Shown here: one piece after another, positions 12,611 through 24,945 of the stretch
How positions within the stretch are numbered: position 1 is the stretch's first letter
How the letters are laid out: every line of letters begins with the position of its first letter
NCBI RefSeq assembly: GCF_006345805.1
Contig: NC_043019.1
Span: forward strand, 1,674,001 to 1,738,000
Direction: 5' to 3'
DNA length: 64,000 nucleotides
Source of the DNA: Octopus sinensis
Lineage: Eukaryota
Notes under the pieces: model-generated
Seen by the model: only the letters and a program-made list of their open reading frames with translations
The model's database searches: none
Told to the model about the DNA's origin: nothing
Position numbers and translations under genes: made by a program

Positions 12611-13498
12611 CCTGTCGAGCTTTCACGCTATCGTTCTGTATTTACAGCTTAAGTAAATCATACATAAGCAACAAATAACCACATTTGTTATCTTTATTAG
12701 ATATTGGTAATAAAGAAGTAAAACCCACCCTTTCTCTTTTGAAACTCGGCAAGAAAAATTGTCTATTCAGAAATATTATATTTCTGAATACTCATTCACA
12801 ACAAAAAAAAGACGTATTTTTTGTGTTTTATTTCTCACAAAAATTGTTTGAGATCGGAAAGTTACTAGCAACTCCTTTCCTCACTTAGATTTTCAATTGT
12901 TACTTTTCCCCTAGCATTCTTTCTAGCTGAATTAGATCAACACTCTTTCGTTCACTTTATGATTATGAAGGAGGACAGCATTGTTGAACTGAAAACAATA
13001 TATTATCCTCAGACCAGAGTGCCAACCTAAATGTCCTGGTGATGGTACTGACCAAGTGGCGGGAAGCCAAGTGACAAGAATTACTTACTATAAGGAAAAC
13101 ACCTAAAAAAGAGAAGTGTTCAGTACAGAAAATGACTCCGAAACGTGACAGGTAAATATTTGACGAAATGCCAAACTAATATATATGATTGAGATGCCTG
13201 TCTAACCTTCGCAAATATATATATTTACAGTGAAATCTATTCACTGGTCACCGTAATTAGAAATATTGAATTTCTAAATGTCTCAAAGAGACATGAGAAA
13301 AATAAGGTTTATCATTTTTCAATGGGAGGTGAAAGGGAATGTGAGGTCAATAATATTAATATTAATATTAATATTAATATTAATAAATCCACCAGGCAAG
13401 CGAAGCTTTTTTGTTGGCAGCAAATGAAATAATGTCAACATTTCTTCGAAATTTGTCAAAAATTATCAATAAAATTATCGAAAATTATCAATAATATT

Positions 13499-13775
13499 CC
13501 ACAGCTCTTTGTCATCCTCCCTAAATGCCTGAGAGACTTACATGTTGTGGATGTGGGTTTCTTTAAAACTAAACTGGATTTCTTCTTGTCGGGGGTCCCA
13601 GATGAACCTACCTCACGACAAGAGACACAGATGCGGGCAGCAGCATCGAACTCCCTCGTTGATCAAGTGCCACGTATCAGAGGTGGATTCACATACTGGT
13701 GTAACTCATTCAGCGGTGGTGCCCCAGCATGACCGCGGCCTTCGGGCTAAAACATTTTTAAGGATTTAAGGATTT
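13499..13775 (+). pseudogene. 3' end of a CR1/Jockey-group LINE
   Basis: PQLFVILPKCLRDLHVVDVGFFKTKLDFFLSGVPDEP...RAAASNSLVDQ matches the conserved LFN.LP..LR...FK..LD.FL..VPDEP C-terminus; short repeat tail AGGATTTA x2. Confidence 0.8.
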
Positions 13776-14124
13776 ATAACTAAGTGAGAAGAACAGAAAG
13801 GTAAAGTGGATTTCGGAAGTGGAAGGGTTATGAACTGATTATTATGGTGGACCGTTCGTTGCCAGAAACATTGAAGACTAAATTACAGTATTAAGAAGAT
13901 GGAGTTTATGAATAATTAATGAATAATAAAATATCATAAACGCAGGTGTTACAAAGAACAATGTATGTACGTGTGTGTGTGTGTGTGTGGTGTGTGTGTG
14001 TGTGTGTGTGTGTTTATGTGTACAATTTTGCGATAACCCTTCACAAACAGTCAGAAGAAAATGTGAGATATTTTTTTCTGAATGGTAATGTACTTTTTCA
14101 TTAGTTAACTGCCAATATATGTTT

Positions 14125-14300
14125 TTTACTACCCACAAGGGGCTGCTAAACATAGAGGGGACAAACAAGGACAGAGAAAGGGATTAAGGCGATTACATCG
14201 ACCCCAGTGCGTATCTGGTACTTAATTTATCAACTCCGAAAGGATGAAAGGCAAAGTCGACCTCGGCGGAATTTGAACTCAGAACGTAGCGGCCGACGAA
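14125..14300 (-). mobile_element. SINE family B, 5'-truncated
   Basis: Matches the consensus 3' two-thirds and stops at GACGAAAT. Confidence 0.88.
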
Positions 14301-14540
14301 ATTGTTGGTGTAGTTCTCAAGTTTTAGGGAATCATAGTGGAGAAGATATGATATTGCTGTGGGCTCTCCCTAGGCAGACAGTTAAAAAATTTTTTTGCCG
14401 ATGACACTCCCCGGGCCTAAGTAAGGCATTTATAAAATTTGAATGAAATTGGTTGTGTAGTTCTCAAGTTTTAGGGAAACACACACACAGACAGACAGAC
14501 AGACAGACACACATTCTCAGTTTTATATATTAATGATAAA
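14298..14540 (+). mobile_element. Non-autonomous Helitron/Helentron-associated (Lep1/DINE-like) element end
   Basis: AAATTTGAATGAAATTGGTTGTGTAGTTCTCAAG...(ACAG)n...TTTTATATAT architecture; internal direct repeat of about 30 bp. Confidence 0.5.
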
Positions 14541-15267
14541 GAGATACGTAGCCATTTCAACAGTAAAATATTATATTTTATTTTAAATATCTATTTCAAA
14601 TTTTGCACAAGGTCACCAATTTTGGACTTATTATATCGATTTCGATACGATGAAAGGCAAAGTCGACTTCGGTGGAATTTGAACTCAGAACGAAAAGACG
14701 GATGAAATACCGCTTGGTGGGGCGCCAATTTGTTGTGAACTATTAAAATGAAGACAATCTCGTCTAGACTAATTTAATTTGAGTCAGACACAAAAGCTTC
14801 GAATTTACATCAGAAAGTAAATGTGTATAGACTATATTTGTGAATTTGCCTTCTTTCTTAGACTACCCAATATAATTTATCTAATGTTTCATATAACGCC
14901 ATTTCATCATTATTTATAATTGCCAACGCATCATAATTTCAGACACATGAATTAAGTTAAATTTTATGTAACGAAGACATTTCTTGCAGGAACGAAAGAA
15001 ATACTTTATGGTTACAAAGCCATACCTGTCTTTTTCAGCTTAGATCGTTAATTATTCAATAAAATTGAAAAGAGAGCGAAAGTAGTTTTTAAATCGTACG
15101 AAAAGAATATTTAATTTACGAAATATGTCCAGCAGTATTTCACTTCATCTTGGATTGCCGCTAGAGTAGTTTAATTAGATGATAAATAAATGCAACTATG
15201 TATGTTTATATGTATGGGTGTATATGCATTATATATGTAAGCATATATGTATGAATACATGTACAGT

Positions 15268-15457
15268 AGAAACAGGAAGAAAGAGTGAGAGAAAGTTGCG
15301 GTGCGAGAATACAATAGGTTCGACCCCCACCTCGGAACCTCGTGAAGCTTTAGGTGTTTTCGATCAACAAGCACTCACAACGCCCGGTCTGGGAATCGAA
15401 ACCACGATCCCACGACCGCGAGTCTGTTGCCATAATCACTGGGCCATTGTGCCTCCA
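15268..15457 (-). mobile_element. SINE family C, 5' portion
   Basis: CGCCCGGTCTGGGAATCGAAACC...GGGCCATTGTGCCTCCA. Confidence 0.85.
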
Positions 15458-15481
15458 CACACCCGCGTGGGCGCGCGAACG

Positions 15482-15604
<123 letters not shown>

Positions 15605-15610
15605 ATATAT

Positions 15611-15905
15611 ACAGGGTGCAATAAATACAGTATCGTCTAAATTACGCCAAATTAACACTGAAATCTCGTTGTAAATAATATATTTACCAAAATTACATAA
15701 AAATATCTTGAAATACTAAGCAGTAAATTTATTCAATAAAATCGCCATTAGCTTCAACCACACCCTCTAGCCCTCTTGAAACTATACTGGATGGTCTCCT
15801 TGATTAAGTTAGTGAATGCTTCCATAATCCTTGCCCTTCAGTTCATGTTTGGTGTGACAAGGAGTAGTCTTGTACTATCTTATATCTCTCACCACCTCTA
15901 CACAC
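15611..15905 (-). pseudogene. Tc1/mariner (maT/DD37D-like) transposon 3' remnant
   Basis: TA|CAGGGTGC terminus; C-terminus ...GVVEANGDFIE*; homologous to 27203-27500. Confidence 0.75.
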
Positions 15906-16875
15906 TCAATAATACTATAAAAAGAGACAAAATTCCTACAAAAGTTCAATTTGACAACTCCACTAGAGTGGACGAAAGCGCTGTGTGATATATGATTTAT
16001 AAAAACATGTAACATACTTATGAATATCTGTAAATATAAAACCATCCAGATTTCTGAGTACCTCATTTCTTCTAATATATAATACCCGTACATCATCTCC
16101 AAACCTTCTAATAGATATATGTATACATATATAAATATATGCATGTATAACACACACATACGAATATACAGATATTTTTATGTGTGTCTTGCATCTATGT
16201 ATTCACCATTTATTCCGTTCCCATAAATATGGCTTAAATGGATGGTGGAATATGGAATTATTCGTTAAGTTTAAAGATACAACAATAAAATTTGTATTAA
16301 AATTTCTCATGTAATGCTTCCAACATAATAATGTCTGACAAAATTTTATTCATAAACGCTATCTTTTGACTAAACAACTTTTATTCATATTATCTCACTT
16401 ATTACGCTATTCCAGCTCAAATTTCCGTTACCGTTTTTCACCTCAAGAAAATTTATTAATGAACTTTTCACGCGATTGATGAAATGAGATGAATAATACT
16501 TTGAAAAAAGAAACGAACTTAAAATAAAAACCAAAAAAGATTGGAAAAATTGTTTCCACTCAACAATAAGGTTGGCGTAAATTATATTTCATATCTCCTG
16601 CATTAGAGTATTGTATAAGATTACATTACAAAAAGAAGTTATTATAGCCAGAATCATATTGTTCGAAAGACAAAACAAAAGAAAAGTAAATAAAGTTTTA
16701 GTAGCATTTTTAATTGATTAAATATAGATACTGTGTTGTGTGAAATATCCCTGTTTATTATTATTAGAATTATAAGAAAATTATATGAACAAAGCATTGT
16801 CAATGATAAAATATTGCAGCTTAAGAAAGTTCTAATTTTTGGCTCCACATCCATTTCTTAATAATTCAACTGGTT

Positions 16876-17445
16876 TTGTTGTATTTCGGAATGGTCATTT
16901 TGCTTGTTTAGCCAATAAAAACACACGCACTATATATTTGGTGTTACTTTGCGTCAGTGTTATTTACTTTTTACATTAAACTTAATCTTATTTTGGCCAG
17001 AGTTCTTTCGTCACACTCCTGTGACCGCATCAGTGGTCCTTTGCTTTCTTCTTTCTTATTTGTGTGTCTCTCCTTACTAACTGTCAGCCATTTTGTATTT
17101 CTATTGTCTGTGCCTTCATTTGCGCATGCGTATGTCTCTATGTCCGTCTATGTTTAATTAGTGTGGGGGAGGGGGAAATGCCTGTAATATTAGTAAGGAG
17201 AGACACAGAAATAAGAAAGAAGAAGGCAAAGGACCACTGATGCGGTCACTGGGGTGTAACGAAAGAAATCTGGCTGAAATAAGATTAAGATTAATGTAAA
17301 AATAAATAACACTGAAGCAAAGTAACACCAAATATATAGTGCGTGTGTTTTTATTGGCTAAACTGGCAAAATGACCATTCCGAAATACAACAATATCTGT
17401 TTCAACACACGACTTCACATCAAAAATCTTGCACAACAAATATAT
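16876..17445. mobile_element. Inverted-repeat element (about 200-bp arms), Penelope pLTR-like
   Basis: 16876-17080 is the reverse complement of 17190-17393. Same family at 49532-49740. Confidence 0.85.
17231..17274 (+). ncRNA. Type-I hammerhead-like motif (mirror copy on the minus strand at 16995-17039)
   Basis: Mirror copy reads CCA CTGATGC G GTCAC AGGAGT GTGAC GAAA GAAC TC TGG. Core A9 is C in both copies. Confidence 0.55.
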
Positions 17446-18119
17446 AAACGCGTCAACTGTTTTTACTTTATGTTTCTTTCTACGTTCATCTAACGATAAT
17501 TGTATAGGTCTTACTGCAGTATTTGCATACGATGTGTAAGACACATAGTCACATGTTACCGCTTCAATTTCATGCCTATTGATGATTGTAGCTATCTGTC
17601 AAAAATAATTAAGCATATTTTGAAAGACATTCCTTCGAGAGCATCAGGATTTCTTGTATGAGAGGTACTATCTTATCAAATGCTTCATATTGCATAAAAT
17701 ACATAGTATTTTATATGCAGAAAATCGAAACGAGAGCGAGAGAAATATATATGCACAGCCACACATACAGATACGAATGTCTGCATATATATATATACAC
17801 ACGCGTATATACACACGTATACAAAAATTTTTGTGTCATATATACGTGTCAGATATCTCGAAAAACAGTGAAATTTTTCTCCGCATGTGTCTTATGTTTG
17901 CACTCTGTGTTCAAAGTAAATATCAGAACGGAACTTTAGAACTAAACATATAACATTAACACATTCGCTCCTTACATATCCATTGTCTGAACCAGAAGAC
18001 AACACATGGAGTTCGTAACAATAGTTATATGCCGTTATCGGCAAACACCACTATGTCTACTTATTTACATAGAGGCAAACGTTATGCGTATGTATTTGTA
18101 GTTACATTTACATATTCAT

Positions 18120-18164
18120 ATACACATATGTGTGTGTGCATATATGTGGGGGGGTGTATGTGTG

Positions 18165-18200
<36 letters not shown>

Positions 18201-18310
18201 ATCTATACACACATATATATATATATATTATATATATGTATGTTGTATGAAATATAAGTATATACATTTATTTATATAATATATATACAAACATATATAT
18301 ATATATATAT

Positions 18311-18351
<41 letters not shown>

Positions 18352-18382
18352 CATACATGCATACATACATACATATATATAC

Positions 18383-18426
<44 letters not shown>

Positions 18427-18536
18427 CATCCATACAGCCATACATATATATATAATGTATATATATATATAATATATAATATATATATATATACATACAT
18501 GCATACATACATACATATATATACATATGTATATAT

Positions 18537-18571
<35 letters not shown>

Positions 18572-18575
18572 TTAT
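18120..18575. repeat. (TA)n/(TACA)n microsatellite
   Basis: Direct reading. Confidence 0.95.
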
Positions 18576-18994
18576 ATTATTTCTGAAGTGAGATATATAC
18601 CATTGATCAGCGTATAAAACGATGCTTAGAAAGCCAATGAACGTGTATGTGTATAAGTGAGTACGCGAGTGCTTTTGTACATTTACATCACTGCAACTAA
18701 ATATAAACAAGATAACTAAGAAAATGTATAAACAAAAAGTGTTTGCTATAGTTTGTTAACAAGTAATAGTGTTTTTTTTTTAATTTTCAGTTACGTATTA
18801 GTTGCATTAAGAATATATATATATCAGTATATTAGGAAAGAAAATATATTCCAAGATGGACGATTTCCAGTATATTTTATAAAAGTATTGTGTTTTTCGG
18901 AAAGTTCGTACCGATTTTTAAAGGAAAGAAAAATGTCAATAAATACTTGCTATTACATTTTTGATCAACTAAATATGAACCACTTTGTTACACA

Positions 18995-19036
<42 letters not shown>

Positions 19037-19039
19037 GCC

Positions 19040-19240
19040 ATGATCAATCGTTAGCTACTACACACATTTTTTTCTCTCCTTGTTTCTCTCCTTGTTTGCT
19101 ATGTCCCTTTCTGTAGAAGAGCATAGGCTCGAAACGTAAAAGACTTTTTCTATTCCTGAGCGTTATACTAATACAGCTGTTGGTTTTTTACACCACCTGT
19201 CTTCGTCTTTTGTTGCTTTTTTATTCGTAAACTCCCCCTA
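19040..19240 (+). mobile_element. Short pLTR-like element with degenerate hammerhead at 19103-19145
   Basis: CTTT CTGTAGAA GAGC ATAG GCTC GAAA CG TA AAAG; shares GCTCGAAACGT...TTCCTGAGCGT with 60840-61045; ends in (TA)n. Confidence 0.6.
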
Positions 19241-19324
19241 TATATATACATGTATATACATGTATATATATACATATATATATACATATATATATGTATG
19301 TATGTATATATATGTATATATATA

Positions 19325-19367
<43 letters not shown>

Positions 19368-19370
<3 letters not shown>

Positions 19371-19399
19371 AATACATACATGCACACATAGACACGCTC

Positions 19400-19431
<32 letters not shown>

Positions 19432-19520
19432 TATATACATAAAAGTTCACATGGTGTGCACTTGTATGTAGGTGGTAGTGTGTTTCGGGAATCAGAGGAA
19501 AGGGGGGAGGGAAAATGACT
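19368..19520 (+). repeat. Dispersed duplication, second copy at about 20938-21066
   Basis: GTTCACAT(G/A)GTGTGCACTTGTATGTA..TGGTAGTGTGTTT...GAGGGAAA.TGACT at both sites. Confidence 0.8.
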
Positions 19521-20030
19521 GGTACTCGTAGTTTAAATCTACTGTAAAATAATTAATTTCCAAACAAGGCAATTATTATTGCCAATTATGTTTCCTAATA
19601 TGAATTAATGTTCTTTTTAACCATTACGTCAATTTTTTAAAACTATCATTTTACACACGAATGAAAATGGCGGTAATTTTAAACATTTTGACCTTGAATA
19701 TGCATAGCTTCGTATTTTCAAGATGTAAACCGTTTAATTTTATTCTTGTTTAATAGAACTTCAATTGGAAGGTTTATTTTAAATGCTCTTAACGTATATT
19801 TTAAGATAAAAATAATGAAAACGGGGAAAATTGATAATAGTAATTGGATTGATTTTCCTGTTTTTAATCATTACTATTATAATTTTTTTCAGTTTTCACA
19901 AGCGATCGAATATGAATGAATATTAAAAGGTCGGGGAATACGCTCATGGAATAATATTTTAAATGGCTGCCTTCCATTTTGATTCTCTGGCTGATTTTAA
20001 TGAGAGAAATTAATCGCTTTCTATATCTCT

Positions 20031-20128
20031 GTGTACGTACGTCTGTGTGTACGTACGTCTGTGTGTACGTACGTCTGTGTGTACGTACGTCTGTGTGTAC
20101 GTACGTCTGTGTGTACGTACGTCTGTGT
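20031..20128. repeat. 16-bp minisatellite GTGTACGTACGTCTGT x6
   Basis: Direct reading. Confidence 0.9.
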
Positions 20129-21169
20129 GCGTGTGTGTGACTGTGTGTTCTTACTGATATATTTAATCGTTCTTTCTTTGTATTTGTCTATACCCATTAT
20201 TATTTACATCTTAGAATTAATCGAATTCTAATTGTGCTAGGAGCCCTTGGATTTTAACCTCCACATCTCTACTTTCCTCTATGTATGGCTAAATGTATTT
20301 GCTTTGCCAAATGAATTGCATTTTCATATTTGAGATTTGCTTGAGACCGTTGCCTCTTAATGAGGCACTCAAATATGAATCCATCGTATTCTGTAGTGGA
20401 AGCAGCTGCAAGCGAATGACATTTATATAAGTTATTCCTTTATTCCTTTCCTCTCTCTTATTACCGCTCTCTTCTCGACTATCCGTTCGTTCAGAAATAT
20501 ATGTTATTGAGTTCTGCACCAGGTTATTTGTATTGCAGTGCCGAAGCGAATTGTGTGTGTATGTGTGTGTTTCTGTTTTCCTCCCACACCGCTTACGGAA
20601 AGCTACTTCCAGGCAGGATTCCAAAAGTGTCACGACGGTGGGGACCGGTACATTGCTGTAAATTCACCATTTCAAAGGCGACGATGTTAAAGCTTAAGTA
20701 ATTCCTTATTAATTATTAAACATAACTAATACCAGAACTACTTGATATCACCTCGTAATTCCCCCATCCTACAACCCCCAAAGATTTATCCTTCTTTACT
20801 GTCCCTATCAGTGTACCCCTCCCTCATTTTACTTTGCCTTTCACAACTATATATGGCTCCCATATTCTTTACCCATGCTCCGTTCAGTCTTTCTTTCCCT
20901 TATTCCGAGTTCTAAATATATATATGTATATATGTATATATAAATACATACTTGCACACATAGACACATTCATATATAGATACATACAAGTTCACATAGT
21001 GTGCACTTGTATGTATGTGGTAGTGTGTTTGCGGGAAGCAGAGGAAAGTGGAGAGGGAAAGTGACTAATTTCACTTTGCCTTTCCATACTCCATTAGTCC
21101 TTCTAAAAGCATGTGCTTACTTCTTATCAATCATCACTTAATCTATTATGTTTCTCTTTACATTCTTCT

Positions 21170-21840
21170 CACTCGGTAAGCGAGTCGGAGACCTTCTGCG
21201 ATATGGTCTGGATCTCGACAACGGTGTTTAAAACAGCGTCATTTGACTGGATTCACATCTTGGGAAAGAGATAGAAATTCGCAGGTACTATATCTGGTGA
21301 ATAGAGCGGGTAGGCAAGTAAGACCATGTTGCTTTTGGCGAGAAACTCACGAGTCAGGGCGCATGGCGGTCGTGAAAAATCTAATTATTCGCGTACCAAA
21401 AATATGTTTGCTCTCGCCGAATGCACAAACCGACGAATTTTGTCCACATTTCCGGGGGCGACACTCACCGCAGCTCTTGCAAATCGCTCATATTCTTCCA
21501 GGGACGTACATTCTTCTGCTTTTGAAGCGCCCATGCCACCCGAAACATTGCGTTCGATCCATTGCTTCGTCGCCATAAACTTCCAAAAACATACTTAATG
21601 TCTCTGTAACATACTTTCCACACGTTTAATGCAAAATTCACGTTGGCTCTTTTCTGGTTCCAACTTCCTCTCCATGACAAAAGTCGCAGAGTACAGCATA
21701 CACGTGATCACAATAATACAAATTTAACAACTTGTGACGTAAACACAGCGATGTCACTCGGCACATTGCTTCATGCAGGTCACTGCTAGGTCTCAATGCG
21801 TACGCACCCATGTGCTGACATCTGTTGGCGCGGTAACTCG
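21170..21840 (-). pseudogene. Internally deleted mariner transposase remnant
   Basis: N-terminal HTH GKYVTETLSMFLEVYGDEAMDRTQCFGWHGRFKS, then SLEEYERFARAAVSVAPGNVDKIRRFVH, joined to C-terminal LTREFLAKSNMVLLAYPLYSPDIVPANFYLFPKM (YSPDLAP motif). Frameshifts and stops present. Confidence 0.9.
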
Positions 21841-21956
21841 TATATTTGAAATAGAGAGAAGCAGAAGATTATGGATTCATAGTATTCGTTTTAATGTCGC
21901 TTCTGCTAAATTTTTTCTCAAATTCTCTCCATATCTCTCAGTCTATATATTTATGT

Positions 21957-22008
<52 letters not shown>

Positions 22009-22494
22009 TCCCAACTATTGATCTATCTACCTATCTATCAATCCATCTAATTATATATCAATACACGATCCCTATCGATTGTTTTTGTTTTGTTTTTTTC
22101 TTTCCCTTTTTTCTTTTCCTTTTACGATCCCTGTTGATCGAAAACCTACCCCACTTTTTTTTTTCTCCCCAAAAACAAAAGCTCCACTTTGTAATCTGTC
22201 CCGTCTATGTGCCGCCCTGTGAGGCTAATAAAGAAACATATCTATCCATCGATCTATCTATTCATTTATCTGTGTTTGTCTGTCTATCTTTCTATCTACC
22301 CATCCATCCGACCATCTATCTATTTATCTATCTTTGAGCTATTATCGAGTTTTGTTTGTAGATAATTTTTCTATGAATCGAAACTTTCTCTATATTGTCG
22401 TTACGATGGGGATCACTTCACTTCTTTTTCATCCAACCATTTTACTACAGCTCTGTGTATTGATAATTTTAATTACGCGTGGGCATGCATCCAT

Positions 22495-22940
22495 GTGCGT
22501 ATGTATGTATGTACGTATGTATATATATATATATATATATATTTATTTATATATCTATGTGCATATGTATATATTTATGTATATATGTATGAACGTATAT
22601 ATTTCTGTATGTATGTATTTGTATATGTATACATGTACGTACGTATGTATTTATTTATATATCTAAGTGTATATGTATATATTTATGTATATATGTATGA
22701 ACGTATATATTTCTGTATGTATGTATTTGTATAGGTATACATGTACGTACGCATGTATTTATTTATGTATTTACGTGTGTATGTATATATTAATATATAT
22801 ATATATATGTATTAACGTATATATTTATGTATGTATGTATTTGTATATGTATGCATGTACGTACGTATGTATTTATGTATGTATGCATGCATAGTTGCAT
22901 GTATACACAAATGTAAGAATGTATGTATGTATTTTATATG
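22495..22940. repeat. (TATG)n-derived array with about 110-bp higher-order duplication
   Basis: GTATGAACGTATATATTTCTGTATG repeated near 22587 and 22695. Confidence 0.85.
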
Positions 22941-23241
22941 CGTATATACAATTATGTTTGGCTAAAGGCTAAGAGAGAGTCGGTGGAAAACTATTGACGT
23001 ATTGACGTCATGGTTACTATTCCCTATACGAACGAATTCATTTTCGTGAACAGCATGGGACTTAAGAAGGAAAGTATTTTTACTTTTATGCCTAGAAATA
23101 AAAAAAAATATAGACGTCAATAATTCAATGTGTAACGAGTATACGTGTTTGAAATATGAGCGTATGATGCAATTTCAGAATTAAAAATGAATTGCAGGCT
23201 TATCAGTCTTGTTTGAAGAGACCCTCGAGGCTTGTCTGATA

Positions 23242-23243
<2 letters not shown>

Positions 23244-23334
<91 letters not shown>

Positions 23335-23434
23335 CAGATAGATAATTAGATAGGTAGATAATTAGATAGATAGATAGATAGATAATTAGATAGGTAGACA
23401 ATTAGATAGATAGATAGATAGACAGATAGATAAT

Positions 23435-23501
<67 letters not shown>

Positions 23502-23577
23502 CAGATAGATAATTAGATAGGTAGACAATTAGATAGATAGATAGATAGACAGATAGATAATTAGATAGGTAGACAAT

Positions 23578-23656
<79 letters not shown>

Positions 23657-23670
23657 GTAAATAGATAGAT
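23244..23670. repeat. (GATA)n array with higher-order unit
   Basis: Direct reading; GATAATTAGATAGGTAGACAATTA recurs. Confidence 0.95.
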
Positions 23671-24025
23671 CGAAAGATATACAGAAAGGGTAAAGAGAGA
23701 AGATCGGAGACAGTTGTTAATGAAGGAGAGAGTCCAAGTGCACATGCAATACACAATGCGATTACTAGAATGCAAAATGAAATTGAAGATCAAAGAGAGA
23801 GAAAAGAAATAAGGCCAGAAAGTGAGAATAAAAGTTGCTTATAGCAGAGCGAAGTGCGAAGAAACAAATGCTCTGAGAATCAAAGACAATTGCGAATATA
23901 ATAGGAAAATGAATGCGAAGTAGAAGAAAAGCGAGAATAAATAACTTAAGACGAAGAGATGTAGAAAATAGTTAGAGCTGCTATGGAAATGCAAAATGTA
24001 AGGCACGTTGATAGAAATACCAGGA

Positions 24026-24945
24026 GGTATCACAATAATCATACCTACTCTAGGCCAAAGACAGAAATATAAGGGAGGAGCTAATTGATTTCATTAACCC
24101 CAATGCGTAGCTGGTAATTATTTCATCGACCCAGAGAGGTTACATGGCAAAGTCGACCGCAGCAGAATTTGAACTCAAAATGTAAATTGGGATGAAATGT
24201 CGCTAAGCATTTTTCCCGACATGGTAACGATTTTGCCAATTTAACCCCTTGGTATCATAACACTTTCAAATTTTGGTACAAGGCCAGCAATTTAAGGGGA
24301 CAGGTAAATCGATTACATCGACCCCAGTGTTCAACAGGTACTTATTTTATCGACCCCGAGAGGGTGAAAGACAAAGTCGATCGCAGCAGAATTTGAACTC
24401 AGAACGTAAATACATACCAAATGCCGCTAACGAATTCGTCCGGCGTGCTAACGTTTCTGCCAACTTGTCGTCTTAGTTATCATAATAACAATTGTTTCTA
24501 CTACAGATACAAGGCCTGAAATTTCGATGGAGAGGGATAGTCGATTGCATCGCCCCCAGTGTTCTACTGGTAGTTAAATTATTGACCCTGAAAGGGTGAA
24601 AGGCAAAGTCGACCGCAGCGAAATTTGAATTTAGAACGTAAAGACGGACAAAAAACCGCGAAACACTTCGCCCGGCTTGCTAACGATTCTACCAGCACGC
24701 CGCCTTAGGTATCATAATAATAACCTTTCTACTAAAGATGCGAGGCCTGAAAGTTGGTTGGAGGGTATTTATCATTACACCGACGACAGTTTCTCACTGA
24801 TACTTCATTTATCGACCCGGAAAGGATAAAACGCAAAATCAACCTTGGTGGAATTTGAACGTAAAGACGGACAGAAAACCGCTAAGCATTTTGCCCAGCG
24901 TGCTAACGATTCTGCCAGCTTGCCCCTTCAGGTATCGTAATAGTA
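24026..24945 (-). mobile_element. Array of four old family B-related SINEs separated by GGTATCATAATAA-like spacers
   Basis: Spacer at 24026, 24251, 24475, 24708 and 24931; each unit carries GGCAAAGTCGACC...GAATTTGAA-like sequence. Confidence 0.85.

Noticed and set aside
22994-23010. CRE site TGACGTCA with an adjacent half-site
   Set aside because: An 8-mer is expected by chance in 64 kb, and there is no gene start or CpG-rich promoter nearby.
24026-24945. CRISPR-like periodic repeat
   Set aside because: The intervening units are homologous SINEs of about 210 bp, the context is eukaryotic and there are no cas genes.
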